Assembly (NCBI GenBank): GCA_021158265.1
Contig: JAGGUY010000001.1
Span: forward strand, 1-48,052
Direction: 5' to 3'
Length of the DNA: 48,052 bases
From: Thermoprotei archaeon
Lineage (GTDB): Archaea; Thermoproteota; Thermoprotei_A; EX4484-217-1
The notes under the pieces were generated by a model. That model did not search any database, was not told the DNA's origin, and was given only the letters and a program-made list of their open reading frames with translations. Each line of letters opens with the position of its first letter. Position 1 is the first letter of the stretch. The translations under genes and the position numbers were made by a program. Of the stretch, positions 7,849 to 18,623 are shown in pieces.

Positions 7849-9826
7849 CTATTTCACCGATGCCGTCCTTCGGCCTATAGCCCGGGGTTTTATTTAATAT
7901 TTCTATGAATTCCCTTGAACGTAAATATTCTATGAATTCTTTGACAGGTTCTTCATTTAAGGCATCTAGAGATATTAGGAAGTCATATTCCTCCTCTCTT
8001 AAAGGTATAAATTCGAGACCATAAATTTCAGCAATAAATCTTAAACTCACGCCTACATCAGCTCTTCCGTATTTTACGGCTGAAGCAACGGCGAAGTGTG
8101 TTTTCGCTTCAATCCAGTAGCCATCAATTCTTCTTTTAATATCCTCAGCACTTACTCCTCTCTTCTCAGCTATTTTGCTAATTAAAATGTCTATGAGAAC
8201 CCTTGTTCCGGAACCCTTATTCCTATTTATGAACCTAACATTTTTGTCTATGATGTCCTCAAAACCTCTAATTTTATGAGGATTACCTTTGGGAATAATT
8301 ATTCCCTGTTCTCTAAAGTACCCCTTAACTAATACGGCATTTTTAACATTGTATTTTCTAATAAATGGAATGTTGTATTGGGCTGTTTCCGGGTCAAGTA
8401 GGTGTAGTCCAGCAATGTCTGCCTCACCTCTCTTTATCGCTAAAAGCCCTCCTAAAGACCCTATGTTCAACATTCTAACGGAAAACTTGTTTCTTAGCTT
8501 ATCAAGTATTTTCTCAAGAACTGGGCAGTGGCTACCGATAACTTCAAGGTCTGAACCGTAATTTTCGGAGAACAAGTAAACATTTACCTCACTATTTTCC
8601 TCTAGGAAGCTCGTATTTTCAGGGACTACTATGAAACCATCACTTCTTGTAAGCCTAGCTATACTCCCGCTATCACCACCTACAGGAAATGCTATCAGTT
8701 TTCCTCTACGTATTAGAGCTACGGGAACAAATGTTCTCCTACCTTTTTCTCCGAAAACTCTGAAGGGCAATACTGCTTTAACAACGCTTGTCTTTTTAGT
8801 TCTTAGTCCTGCAAGCTTCCTTATTATGGGCTTAACTATGAGGTTATAATTCATAAGGCATGAAACAGGATATCCCGGTAATCCGAAAACCAATTTATTA
8901 TTGATAATAGCTATTATTGTTGGTTTTCCAGGTTTAACATTTAATCCATGAACTATTACCCCTGGCGAACCAAGCTCATCTAACACACGATACATTAGAT
9001 CCCCTATACCTGCTGATGTACTTCCTGAAGTAATTATCACATCGTAATTCTTGAGAGCATAGGATAGGGTTTCTTTTATTTTCTCATAGGAATCAGGAAG
9101 TATCCCTATGATTTCGGGGTCGCCGCCATCTTCCAGAACTGAAGAATATAGTGTGTATGAGTTTACATCGTATATTTTACCGTAAGACAATGGTGTTCCG
9201 GGTTTTACGAGCTCGTTACCAGTGCTAAGAATAGCTACTTTTGGCTTCTTAAAAACAAGAACTCTACTTACGCCTACTGCGGCTAAGGCACCTATTATCT
9301 GGGGTGTAATTACGGTACCCTTATAGGCTATAACTTCACCTATCATAACGTCTGATGCTGTTTGCGAAATGTTTCCTCCGAGAGATACGGACTTAAACAC
9401 TTCAATAATGTTCTCACAAACTTTACGTGTGAATTCAACCATTACAACAGCATCAGCACCTGGAGGAATAGGGGCGCCAGTAGCTATTTCAACAGCCTCT
9501 CCCGATTCAACACTTATCTTGGGGATTTCACCTGCCTCCACTTTCCCTACAACTTTCAATCTTATAGGGTTATTTTCCCTAGCCCCAGCAACATCAATAC
9601 TTCTCACAGCATACCCATCAACAGTTGATCTATCGAAAGGTGGCGAATTAACCTTAGCAACAACGTTTTCCGCTAAAACCCTACCTAAGGCTCTTTCCAA
9701 ACTTACTTTCTCAACACCTAAGGGTTTAAGCCTAACATACCTGACTATCTTTTCTAAAGCTTCCTCGGGAGTTACAAGTTTATGGAAAATTTTCCTCTTG
9801 ATCTCCATAGTTTTAAGCCTCTTCAA
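7832..9826 (-). CDS. moeA: molybdopterin molybdenum/tungsten-transferase MoeA fused to a C-terminal periplasmic-binding-protein-like (oxyanion-binding type) domain
   Basis: 664 aa. MoeA signatures: PPFDRSTVDGYAV, TGAPIPPGADAVVMVE, ITSGSTSAG, KPGKPT, GLPGYPVS. These are followed by about 250 extra residues (GSHCPVLEKILDKL...GSGTRVL...) resembling a PBP-like domain. Confidence 0.85.
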   Translation of the reverse strand: MKRLKTMEIKRKIFHKLVTPEEALEKIVRYVRLKPLGVEKVSLERALGRVLAENVVAKVNSPPFDRSTVDGYAVRSIDVAGARENNPIRLKVVGKVEAGEIPKISVESGEAVEIATGAPIPPGADAVVMVEFTRKVCENIIEVFKSVSLGGNISQTASDVMIGEVIAYKGTVITPQIIGALAAVGVSRVLVFKKPKVAILSTGNELVKPGTPLSYGKIYDVNSYTLYSSVLEDGGDPEIIGILPDSYEKIKETLSYALKNYDVIITSGSTSAGIGDLMYRVLDELGSPGVIVHGLNVKPGKPTIIAIINNKLVFGLPGYPVSCLMNYNLIVKPIIRKLAGLRTKKTSVVKAVLPFRVFGEKGRRTFVPVALIRRGKLIAFPVGGDSGSIARLTRSDGFIVVPENTSFLEENSEVNVYLFSENYGSDLEVIGSHCPVLEKILDKLRNKFSVRMLNIGSLGGLLAIKRGEADIAGLHLLDPETAQYNIPFIRKYNVKNAVLVKGYFREQGIIIPKGNPHKIRGFEDIIDKNVRFINRNKGSGTRVLIDILISKIAEKRGVSAEDIKRRIDGYWIEAKTHFAVASAVKYGRADVGVSLRFIAEIYGLEFIPLREEEYDFLISLDALNEEPVKEFIEYLRSREFIEILNKTPGYRPKDGIGEIVRINL

Positions 9827-11153
9827 TTATTGGATTAGTTAAAATAACCTCTACGGTATCTCCTTCATCATATCCTTCAAGCTCCTCAGGGACAACAAGT
9901 ATGCCGTTTCCAACAATTAATGTTGAAAGAATACCTGAACCAGTAGTTATTAATGGCTCAACGAAAACTTCACCATTTCTTCTAAAAACTCTTACTCTGA
10001 CGTAGCCTCTAACTCCAGGCTCAACATATACTCTCCTAACAAGTTTACCTTTAACTTTAGGTTTAGGAGGACTTCTACTTCCATATAGTCTATAGTATAT
10101 GGGTTCGAAAATAGCTAATAACTCAGTATAGGCGGCTACAGGATATCCCGAAAGCATGAATACGGGTTTTCCATTAATGACCGCGACAGCTAAAGGTCTA
10201 CCGGGCTTAATAGCTACACCACGTATGAAAACTTCGGGACCAAGAGATTTCACAGCTTCAACAGTGAAATCCTTAAGCCCAACACTAGTACCTCCCGTTG
10301 TAAAAACGAAATCTACTTTCGAAAGATAAAATGCCACCTTATCTCTAATTACCTGTAGATTGTCAGGAACTATTTCGATATAGGGTACGTTAACACCTAG
10401 TTCTTCTAAAAATGCTTTCACAAGATACATTGTTGAGGAAACTATCTTGCCAGAGTTAACGTCGGAACCCAAAGGTACAAGTTCGTCCCCTACTCCTAAA
10501 ACTGAGGCTACGGGTTTCCTGTAAACCTTAACTTTAGCTATATTTAATGTTGCAAGAAGCCCTATATGCCACGGCCTAATAACCTCCCCCTTTCTAACAA
10601 TAACCTGGTCTTTCTTTACGTCTTCCCCTTTAAGCGAAACGTTGTCCCACATCGCAACGGGCTTTAAAATTTCGACTTCACCTTCAGAAACTTTTCGGGC
10701 ATGTTCAGCCATAACAACAGCGTCTGCACCTATAGGGAGGGGAGCACCCGTTGTTACCTCTACACACTCACCATGACCTATCACGTACTTTTCCGGGGGA
10801 TCACTTGTGTGCATGAAGCCCTTAATTTTTAAAACCACAGGGTTTGTTGTTGAAGCATCACTTACGTCCTCTGCTTTAACAGCAAAACCGTCAACAGCGC
10901 TCCTATTGTAGGGTGGGAAATCCTTCGTTGAAACAACATCTTCTGCTGAAACATATCCAAGAGAACTTAAAGTATCCCTTTCTACAGTTTCAAAAGCCAC
11001 ATTTACCGCTGAAGAAACTTTGAACACAACATCATCAGGACTAGTTAAGGTCCTCAAAAACTTGTACGTAGAGTTCACTCTTTCTCCCTGAAGATAGTTT
11101 CTTAAATAGCATAGGGGAAAAGCTTGGATATATAAGTGTTGACTTTGAAGCAA
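9813..11153 (-). CDS. moeA: molybdopterin molybdenum/tungsten-transferase MoeA, second stand-alone paralogue
   Basis: PPYNRSAVDGFAV, TGAPLPIGADAVVMAE, TTGGTSVG, KPGRPL, SGYPVAA. The true start is probably GTG complement(11076..11078), preceded by a GGGAG-like element and a ttatatat TATA-like box at about 11126-11138. The ORF-track start 11153 is the longest-ORF start. Confidence 0.85.
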   Translation of the reverse strand: MLQSQHLYIQAFPLCYLRNYLQGERVNSTYKFLRTLTSPDDVVFKVSSAVNVAFETVERDTLSSLGYVSAEDVVSTKDFPPYNRSAVDGFAVKAEDVSDASTTNPVVLKIKGFMHTSDPPEKYVIGHGECVEVTTGAPLPIGADAVVMAEHARKVSEGEVEILKPVAMWDNVSLKGEDVKKDQVIVRKGEVIRPWHIGLLATLNIAKVKVYRKPVASVLGVGDELVPLGSDVNSGKIVSSTMYLVKAFLEELGVNVPYIEIVPDNLQVIRDKVAFYLSKVDFVFTTGGTSVGLKDFTVEAVKSLGPEVFIRGVAIKPGRPLAVAVINGKPVFMLSGYPVAAYTELLAIFEPIYYRLYGSRSPPKPKVKGKLVRRVYVEPGVRGYVRVRVFRRNGEVFVEPLITTGSGILSTLIVGNGILVVPEELEGYDEGDTVEVILTNPIIEEA

Positions 11154-11198
11154 GGTGAGAGAATTAGTAAAGAAAGGGTTTAAAAAGTTTTAGCTAGG

Positions 11199-11456
11199 TT
11201 ATTTAGGTGCTTCAACAACCTCAACCGTCTTCCTACCAGCAGACCATGCAACAGCCTCTAAGATTATCAGTAAGGCTATTGTTCCGATGTGAGCGCCAAT
11301 GTCCGCGGGTACCTCAACAGCCTTGGATTCTGGAAACACTGGTGCTTCGGCATATCCCAACGAAATTATTGCCGTAGCCAATAGAAAGACTATTACCAGC
11401 CATATTATAAAGGTAACGTCTCTCTCCTTACCTTTTACTTCGTACTTTACTGACAA
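11199..11456 (-). CDS. small hypothetical membrane protein (2 predicted TM segments)
   Basis: 85-aa ORF with two hydrophobic stretches. No recognisable motif. Confidence 0.4.
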   Translation of the reverse strand: MSVKYEVKGKERDVTFIIWLVIVFLLATAIISLGYAEAPVFPESKAVEVPADIGAHIGTIALLIILEAVAWSAGRKTVEVVEAPK

Positions 11457-11595
11457 AAATCTTCACCAGTAATATATGCTCTTAAACTAAATATATAAAT
11501 TTTAACCAACAATGCTCTTGAAGATAGAAAAATTTTTTTATCTTAGAACAAAACATTAATAACGGAATTTATCACCTTAAGTTCGGGGTATTGTC

Positions 11596-13110
11596 ATGCA
11601 GAACGTAATAATAGACCTAATAAACTACATTGACGGTATTGTCTGGGGCCTCCCAATGATTATACTGCTAGTATCGACCGGTGTTACGTTAAGCATACTC
11701 GGCGGCTTCTACCAAATAAGAAAGTTCCCACTAGCTGTTAAAACAATTATGTGGAAGGGTAAGAGGGGAGCTGGAGAAGTACATCCATTCAAGATCTGGG
11801 CAATGGTCATGGGAGCTACCGTCGGCGTAGGTAACATCGCTGGTGCTTCAACAGCTGTACATCTAGGCGGTCCCGGTGCTGTCTTCTGGATGTGGATCTG
11901 CGCTATTCTAGGTATGGCTACAAAGTCCGCTGAAGTAACACTAAGTTTATGGTCTAGAAAAGTTCTCCCGGACGGAAGAATCGAAGGAGGAACACCATAC
12001 TATATTAAAAGAATACCTATCATCGGCCCTGCATTAGCTATACTATTCTCGCTGTTCGCATGGATTGCAGCTTTCGGTATAGGCAACATGGTGCAAGCTA
12101 ACAATGTAGCTCTCGGCGCAGAGTATGTAGCTAAGGCTTTAGGCTGGCCTGTTTTTGAAACAAGACTCGCAACAGGCATTATAATAACAATTGCTACCGC
12201 ACTAGTAGTCCTAGGAGGCATTAGAAGAATTGCCGAAGTCGCTAACTACATGGTGCCATTCATGGCAGCATGGTACATAATATTCGGCTTAGGACTATGG
12301 ATAATATATGGTTACAACTTCGGAGACACAATAGCGAAGATATTCACTTACGCATTCACACCAATGGCTGCTGCGGGAGGTTTAGCAGGCTGGAGCGTCT
12401 ATAACGCTATTAGATACGGTTTCGCAAGAGGACTATTCTCCAATGAGGCTGGTCTAGGTAGTGCACCAAACGCTTACGCATTCGCCGAATCAGACCACCC
12501 AGGAAGACAAGGATTCTACGGCATATTCGAAGTATTCATGGACACGATAGTCATATGCACCATAACAACAGTCGCAGATATTATAACAAAAGCCTACATT
12601 GAAAGACCGGATCTTTCAGGAGCAGCCCTAGCTATGGAAGCATTCTTCAGAGGTTACGGTATTTGGGCGCCTATAATCATGGGCATAGCTCTGGGCTTAT
12701 TCGCCTACACTACGATCCTAACATGGGAGTGGTATGGTGAAGTTAACTGGAGATATTTCTGGGTAGTAACATTAAAGCTACCTGAGAAACCGATGCTATG
12801 GATTTGGAGAGTTCTCTGGATAATACCATTAATTCCCGCTGCGGTTGCCGGATCACTCTTCGAAACATTCTGGACATTCTCAGACATGACTAATGGGCTT
12901 ATGGCCATTCCGAACTTGATCGCAGTGGTATACTTCGCTCCAGTAGCTCTTAAGCTAATCAAGGACTTCTATAGCAGACATGTGTATGAAACAGGAGAGG
13001 TAAGTGGGGGAGCAGCACCAGCAACGGAAGCTGTCAAGGAGTTCGTTAAGGACTTCATAAGGGCAATGTATACACCAACATATAAACTAATAACTGAAAA
13101 ACGCGCATAA
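11596..13110 (+). CDS. alanine/glycine:cation symporter (AGCS family)
   Basis: 504 aa, polytopic. Contains GGPGAVFWMW and FSNEAGLGSAP, both characteristic of sodium:alanine symporters. Confidence 0.9.
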   Translation: MQNVIIDLINYIDGIVWGLPMIILLVSTGVTLSILGGFYQIRKFPLAVKTIMWKGKRGAGEVHPFKIWAMVMGATVGVGNIAGASTAVHLGGPGAVFWMWICAILGMATKSAEVTLSLWSRKVLPDGRIEGGTPYYIKRIPIIGPALAILFSLFAWIAAFGIGNMVQANNVALGAEYVAKALGWPVFETRLATGIIITIATALVVLGGIRRIAEVANYMVPFMAAWYIIFGLGLWIIYGYNFGDTIAKIFTYAFTPMAAAGGLAGWSVYNAIRYGFARGLFSNEAGLGSAPNAYAFAESDHPGRQGFYGIFEVFMDTIVICTITTVADIITKAYIERPDLSGAALAMEAFFRGYGIWAPIIMGIALGLFAYTTILTWEWYGEVNWRYFWVVTLKLPEKPMLWIWRVLWIIPLIPAAVAGSLFETFWTFSDMTNGLMAIPNLIAVVYFAPVALKLIKDFYSRHVYETGEVSGGAAPATEAVKEFVKDFIRAMYTPTYKLITEKRA

Positions 13111-13153
13111 AACGATGAAGAGCTCATATAAACTTTTTCTTTAAATTTCTGTT

Positions 13154-13831
13154 TCACTTTCTAAACGAAGAACATTCAATTATGTTCTTTAAACACTCTG
13201 GCGGAACATACTTAGCAACCCTAATGCTATCTGAGGCAATGTATATTCTAAATCCTTTTCTTCTAAGACACTCAGCATCTACAACCAAAACTACAGCGTT
13301 TAATCCATGTCTTTTAGCTACTTCGCATGCATCCTCAACTTTCAAGGTTAAGTGCACATACTTTCTCCTCATAGGCTTAATACCCTCCATTAAAATTCTC
13401 TTCAAATCCTTATAAACCGTGCCATGATATAGTATTTTAGCATTAACATCTTCAGCATATTTTATATTCACATTTAGCATAATATTATGACCATACCGAG
13501 CCCTTATCTTACTATCCTTAATTTCGAATCTTCCTTTAGGATCAAGAATAGCTAAGGCTACTATGTGCTCCCTAGTAATCCACTGATAGTTTTCCTTACG
13601 ATACCAGTAATTTTTTATTCCAAAAACTAATTCGTCAATACTAACCCATCCTTCAGAATCCATTTTAACACGTATAGACTCAGGAGAATGGCGAAGAACG
13701 AAAGATAGAAGCTTACTTAGCCTAGTGCGCCTACGTGAATCTAAAAGCAGCAATGCTTTTCTACCGCAGTGAACGGGCTTTTCAACGTATTTACCACATA
13801 TGCTGCACTTATAAATGTCATTTGAAACCAA
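13154..13831 (-). CDS. kptA: RNA 2'-phosphotransferase Tpt1/KptA with an N-terminal Cys/His zinc-knuckle extension
   Basis: LSKLLSFVLRHSPESIRVKMDSEGWVSIDELV, RYGHN, LYHGT and YVHL are Tpt1 hallmarks. TTG start. The N-terminal YKCSICGKYVEKPVHCGRK is additional to the family core. Confidence 0.85.
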   Translation of the reverse strand: MVSNDIYKCSICGKYVEKPVHCGRKALLLLDSRRRTRLSKLLSFVLRHSPESIRVKMDSEGWVSIDELVFGIKNYWYRKENYQWITREHIVALAILDPKGRFEIKDSKIRARYGHNIMLNVNIKYAEDVNAKILYHGTVYKDLKRILMEGIKPMRRKYVHLTLKVEDACEVAKRHGLNAVVLVVDAECLRRKGFRIYIASDSIRVAKYVPPECLKNIIECSSFRK

Positions 13832-14018
13832 TTGGTTTCAATACCTCCAACCTGGCAGCACTATAAATGTTACTACAATTTCTCTGTAAAATCTTTTTGA
13901 TAGAAATAGGTAATGAACTTACGGCAACACATGAAATAAGCTCATTATGTTATGATTGTTGATTACGAAAAAATTTATTATAGTCTCAAAAACTATTTGA
14001 TGTTGGTGAAGAAAAAGT

Positions 14019-15653
14019 ATGAAAATGGCTAAGGCCATTTCGAAAACGGCAGCAATAGCTTTAGCAGTAATACTCATAATAGCTATAGTCGCTGGCGCAT
14101 ACTTAGCAATGCAACCTAAACCTACACCTACAGAAACCTCTCCAACAACTACAGCATCTTCTTCACCAACAACTACGACTCTAGCAGTAAAGAACCAAAT
14201 AGTAATAGGAGTTACCGATAAGGTTTCGGATCTAGACCCAGCTAACGCCTATGACTTCTTCACATGGGAGGTACTGCAAAACACTATGGAGGGACTAATG
14301 AAGTACAAGCCTGGAACAACAGAGCTAACATACGGTATAGCGGAGTCCTATGAAGTTAAGGAAGACGGTAAAGTATACATTTTCCATCTAAAGAAGAATC
14401 TGAAGTTCGCTGATGGAACACCATGTACTGCACATGATGTTGTAAGATCGATTAAGAGGGTTATGAAAATAAACGGTGATCCAGCATGGCTTGTTACTGA
14501 GTTCGTAGAGGATGTTGAAGCACTAGATGATTACACAGTAAAGTTTACGTTGAAAAAACCGGTATCGTACTTCCTAGCACTAGTAGCTACACCACCATAC
14601 TTCCCAGTACATCCAGCATATAAGCCAGACGAAATAGATAGTGACCAAACAGCAGGCGGTTTAGGACCATACAAGATTGTTAAGTGGGTTAGAGATCAAG
14701 AACTAGTTTTAGAAGCGAACCCATACTATCACGGTGAAAAGCCGAAGATAAAAACCGTAATTATAAGGTTCTACAAGGACGCAACAACACTAAGGCTAGC
14801 GCTTGAAAGAGGAGAAATAGATATTGCATGGAGAACCCTTAACCCAGCCGATATAGAAAGCCTAAAGAAGAACCCGAACTTCCAAGTAATTGAGGTTCCA
14901 GGAGCAGCCATAAGATACATCATAATCAACGTTAAAATGCCCGGAACAGATAATAAACTGGTTAGACAAGCGCTAGCAGCTGCAATAGATAGAGTAGATA
15001 TTTCACAAAGAGTATACCTAGGAACATGGACACCGCTTTATAGCTTAATACCTAAGGGTATGTGGAGTTACAAACCAGTTTTCAAGGAGAAGTATGGTGA
15101 AAGAGCAAATCTGGAGCTAGCCAAGAAGCTACTTAAAGAAGCAGGTTATAGCGAAGACAAGCCATTAGAAATAGAATTATGGTACACACCAACACACTAC
15201 GGTGATACAGAAAAGGACTTAGCAGCAGTACTTAAAGAGCAATTCGAAGCAACAGGAATGATTAAGGTAACAATAAAGAGCGCAGAATGGTCGCAATACC
15301 TTGACTTCGCAAGGAAAGGTGCAATGCAACTATCACTATTCGGATGGTATCCAGACTACATTGACCCCGACGATTACACAACACCATTCCTCCACAGTAA
15401 AGCGAACAAATGGACAGGTTCAGGATACGCTAATCCGAAGGTTGACGAATTGCTTGACGAAGCAGCTATCAAGCTAACTCCAGAAGAGAGAACACCATAC
15501 TATGAGCAAGTACAGGGGATATTAGCAGACGAGGTACCGATTATACCGCTAGTTCAGGGCAAACTCTTCGTAGCAGCTAAGAAGAACGTTGGAGGCATAA
15601 TACTGGATCCGACAATGCAGTTTAGATACTGGCTACTATACTGGAAAGAGTAA
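14019..15653 (+). CDS. ABC transporter substrate-binding protein, family 5 (oligo/dipeptide type)
   Basis: 544 aa. N-terminal membrane anchor followed by a Thr/Ser/Pro-rich linker (PTPTETSPTTTASSSPTTTT). The body is DppA/OppA-like. Confidence 0.9.
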   Translation: MKMAKAISKTAAIALAVILIIAIVAGAYLAMQPKPTPTETSPTTTASSSPTTTTLAVKNQIVIGVTDKVSDLDPANAYDFFTWEVLQNTMEGLMKYKPGTTELTYGIAESYEVKEDGKVYIFHLKKNLKFADGTPCTAHDVVRSIKRVMKINGDPAWLVTEFVEDVEALDDYTVKFTLKKPVSYFLALVATPPYFPVHPAYKPDEIDSDQTAGGLGPYKIVKWVRDQELVLEANPYYHGEKPKIKTVIIRFYKDATTLRLALERGEIDIAWRTLNPADIESLKKNPNFQVIEVPGAAIRYIIINVKMPGTDNKLVRQALAAAIDRVDISQRVYLGTWTPLYSLIPKGMWSYKPVFKEKYGERANLELAKKLLKEAGYSEDKPLEIELWYTPTHYGDTEKDLAAVLKEQFEATGMIKVTIKSAEWSQYLDFARKGAMQLSLFGWYPDYIDPDDYTTPFLHSKANKWTGSGYANPKVDELLDEAAIKLTPEERTPYYEQVQGILADEVPIIPLVQGKLFVAAKKNVGGIILDPTMQFRYWLLYWKE

Positions 15654-15757
15654 ATAAAACAAAACCAATTTAAACCATTTTTCCCTCACCCATAATGTCC
15701 CCGGAGGACTGTGTAACCAAATAGCACATCCCAATTTAAAGTAAAGGTAGATTGTAA

Positions 15758-16774
15758 ATGGCATCTCTAAGAACATACGTCATAGTAAGAACTTTAATGA
15801 CAATACCTATCGTTCTTATTCTACTTACGCTTGTTTTCATAATTCTACGTGTCATGCCCGGAGACCCCATAACCTCCATGGTAGGTATGAAAGCTCCACC
15901 TGAGTACATTGAAATGCTAAAGGAGAAAGCAGGGCTAAATAAACCGCTAATAATTCAGTACCTCGACTATCTCTTCGGCATTTTAAGAGGGGATTTCGGA
16001 AGATCTCTTATTTGGGGTGAACGTCCGGTTCTATATGAAATATTTGACCACCTACCTGCAACAATAGAGCTAACAATATTTGGCTTCGCAGTAAGCGTCA
16101 TCATAGGGTTAATTACGGGAACAATCGCAGGGGTAAGGAGTGGAACAAAAACAGATAATGCTCTCAGAATATACAGCATACTTGCCTACGCTACGTTTAT
16201 ACCATGGCTTGGAATGATGTTCCAACTTATTTTCGGTGTTTACCTTAAACTTCTCCCGATTAGTGGTAGGATAGAGCCGTCTCTCACAATAGATTGGAAA
16301 CCCGTAACAGGACTTTATGTTTTAGATGGAATACTTACAGGAAGGCTAGATATAACTATTGACGCGTTAAAACACTTGATACTTCCATCAATCACGCTAG
16401 GAATTGTTCTCTCCGGAGCATACACTAGACTTGTAAGAGCAAACATAATAGAGGTCCTAGGTCAAGACTTCGTAAGAGCAGCTAAAGCTAGAGGTCTCAG
16501 CGAAATAAAGGTTCTTAGGCATGTGCTTAAAAACGCATTTATACCCGTACTAACGATGATGGGATTACAGTTCGCAATACTTCTAACGGGAGCTGTACTT
16601 ACGGAAACAACGTTTTCATGGCCGGGTATGGGAACATTTCTTCTCGAAAGAATAAAGTATGTTGATTACACAACAATTCAGGGAACGATAGTTTTCTTTG
16701 CCCTCTTCGTTTCGATAGTCAATCTCGTTGTTGACATACTTTATGCGTTAATAGACCCCAGAATAAGGTATTGA
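15758..16774 (+). CDS. peptide ABC transporter permease (DppB/OppB type)
   Basis: 338 aa. Begins YVIVRTLMTIPIVLIL, has an EAA-like loop (FVRAAKARGLSE), and ends IDPRIRY. Confidence 0.9.
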   Translation: MASLRTYVIVRTLMTIPIVLILLTLVFIILRVMPGDPITSMVGMKAPPEYIEMLKEKAGLNKPLIIQYLDYLFGILRGDFGRSLIWGERPVLYEIFDHLPATIELTIFGFAVSVIIGLITGTIAGVRSGTKTDNALRIYSILAYATFIPWLGMMFQLIFGVYLKLLPISGRIEPSLTIDWKPVTGLYVLDGILTGRLDITIDALKHLILPSITLGIVLSGAYTRLVRANIIEVLGQDFVRAAKARGLSEIKVLRHVLKNAFIPVLTMMGLQFAILLTGAVLTETTFSWPGMGTFLLERIKYVDYTTIQGTIVFFALFVSIVNLVVDILYALIDPRIRY

Positions 16775-16786
16775 AGGAGTGATTGT

Positions 16787-17653
16787 ATGAACATAGTTAA
16801 TGCCATCCTAGAAAAACTTAAAACAATGGGTCTACTAAGAAACTCTAACGCACTCTTTAAGGCTGGAATAATAATAGTAGCGGGTATCATTATTCTTTCG
16901 GCACTAGCCCCATTATTAACGCCCTATAGCCCTATAGTTGGTACAGGTGATGAATTAGCACCACCGTCACTTAAGCACCCCATGGGAACTAATAATTTAG
17001 GCTACGACATGTTTTCAAGGGTACTATATGGTGCTCGAACGGTTCTCACAGTAGTTGTTTCTGCAACACTTCTCTCAATGGCTATAGGTGTACCTTTAGG
17101 TCTAATATCAGGTTACTATGGAGGTAAAGTAGATAGAGCAATATCTATCGTAATGGATAGCATGTACGCTTTCCCAAGCCTAATATTAGCATTAGCCATA
17201 GCCGCAGTATTGGGAGCAAGCTTAATTAACGCAATAATAGCTATAGCCGTAGTTTACGTACCAACATACTTCAGAATGGTTCGTGGACAAACACTCTCAA
17301 TAAAATCCCTACTATACGTTGAAGCAGCAAGAGCTCTAGGAGCTTCTGACTCAAGAATAATAACAAGGTATGTTTTCCCAAACCTCCTACCCACGGTTCT
17401 CGTAGTTTTCTCCATGAACATAGCTGACGCAATACTTACGGAAGCAGGACTAAGCTTTCTAGGCTTCAGCGTTCCACCACCAACACCTGATTGGGGCGCT
17501 GATCTTAGGGTTGGACACTCCTTTATGCTTGCTGGTTACTGGTGGCTCGTAGCATTCCCCGGACTTATGATCATGCTTTTAGCCACAGGATTCGCACTAA
17601 TAGGTGAAGGTTTAAGCGACATTTTAAACCCTAGAAGGGAGGCTGTAGGCTAA
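16787..17653 (+). CDS. peptide ABC transporter permease (DppC/OppC type)
   Basis: 288 aa. Contains YVEAARALGASDSRII and HPMGTNNLGYDMFSRVLYGAR. Confidence 0.9.
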   Translation: MNIVNAILEKLKTMGLLRNSNALFKAGIIIVAGIIILSALAPLLTPYSPIVGTGDELAPPSLKHPMGTNNLGYDMFSRVLYGARTVLTVVVSATLLSMAIGVPLGLISGYYGGKVDRAISIVMDSMYAFPSLILALAIAAVLGASLINAIIAIAVVYVPTYFRMVRGQTLSIKSLLYVEAARALGASDSRIITRYVFPNLLPTVLVVFSMNIADAILTEAGLSFLGFSVPPPTPDWGADLRVGHSFMLAGYWWLVAFPGLMIMLLATGFALIGEGLSDILNPRREAVG

Positions 17654-18603
17654 TGACGCTTCTCAAAATAAATAATTTGAAAGTATATTACTATACGAGA
17701 AGAGGTATTGTAAAAGCCGTAGATAATGTATCTTTAGCCATGAATAAGGGGGAAATGGTTGGGCTTGTAGGTGAAAGTGGGAGCGGAAAGTCCACATTAG
17801 GCCTTTCTATAATAAGAGTTTTACCTCCTCAAGCAAAAATCATTAGCGGATCCGTGATTTTCAACGGAACAGATCTTCTCAAGCTAAGCGAAAGGGAAAT
17901 GAGGAAAATTAGAGGTAAGGAAATAAGTATGGTATTTCAAGACCCACTAACAAGTCTTGACCCGCTTCAGAAAATAGGTGACCAAATAGTAGAAACAATA
18001 CTTGAACATGAACCTAACATTAGCAAGCAAGAAGCATACAATATGGCGAAAAAGGCGCTTCAGGAAGTCGGAATACCGCCGGATAGAATAGGCAACTACC
18101 CCCACCAACTATCTGGGGGGCAAAGGCAAAGAGTAATGATAGCTTTAGCTATGGTTCTAAAACCGAAGCTTATAATAGCTGATGAGCCAACAACAGCTCT
18201 CGACGTTATAGTTCAAGACAGAATAATGGAGCTTCTATCGGCTCTGAAGAAGGAATATGGAATGTCAATACTTTTCATAACACATGATTTAGCATTAGCT
18301 GCTGAAAGATCAGACAAAATAGCTGTAATGTACGCGGGGCATCTTTATGAATACGGTAGCTCAACTGACGTAGTAAATAAGCCTCTCCACCCATATACTG
18401 AAGGTCTTATAGAAAGCATACCCGATGTGTTTATGAGAAAAGAGATTAAAGAAATTCCAGGACAACCGCCTGATTTAACTAAGCCGCCTTCTGGGTGTAG
18501 ATTTCATCCGAGATGCCCCTATAGAATGCCTAAGTGTAGTAGAGAGGAGCCACCAATACTACAGGTTAATGGTAGGCTTGTAAAATGTTGGCTTTACAGC
18601 TAA
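17653..18603 (+). CDS. peptide ABC transporter ATP-binding protein (DppD/OppD type)
   Basis: Walker [10 protein letters not shown], signature LSGGQRQR, Walker [12 protein letters not shown]. The C-terminal oligopeptide-type Cys motif is [11 protein letters not shown]. Confidence 0.9.
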   Translation: MTLLKINNLKVYYYTRRGIVKAVDNVSLAMNKGEMVGLVGESGSGKSTLGLSIIRVLPPQAKIISGSVIFNGTDLLKLSEREMRKIRGKEISMVFQDPLTSLDPLQKIGDQIVETILEHEPNISKQEAYNMAKKALQEVGIPPDRIGNYPHQLSGGQRQRVMIALAMVLKPKLIIADEPTTALDVIVQDRIMELLSALKKEYGMSILFITHDLALAAERSDKIAVMYAGHLYEYGSSTDVVNKPLHPYTEGLIESIPDVFMRKEIKEIPGQPPDLTKPPSGCRFHPRCPYRMPKCSREEPPILQVNGRLVKCWLYS

Positions 18604-18623
18604 GCAAGAGGGTTTGATAAGGC

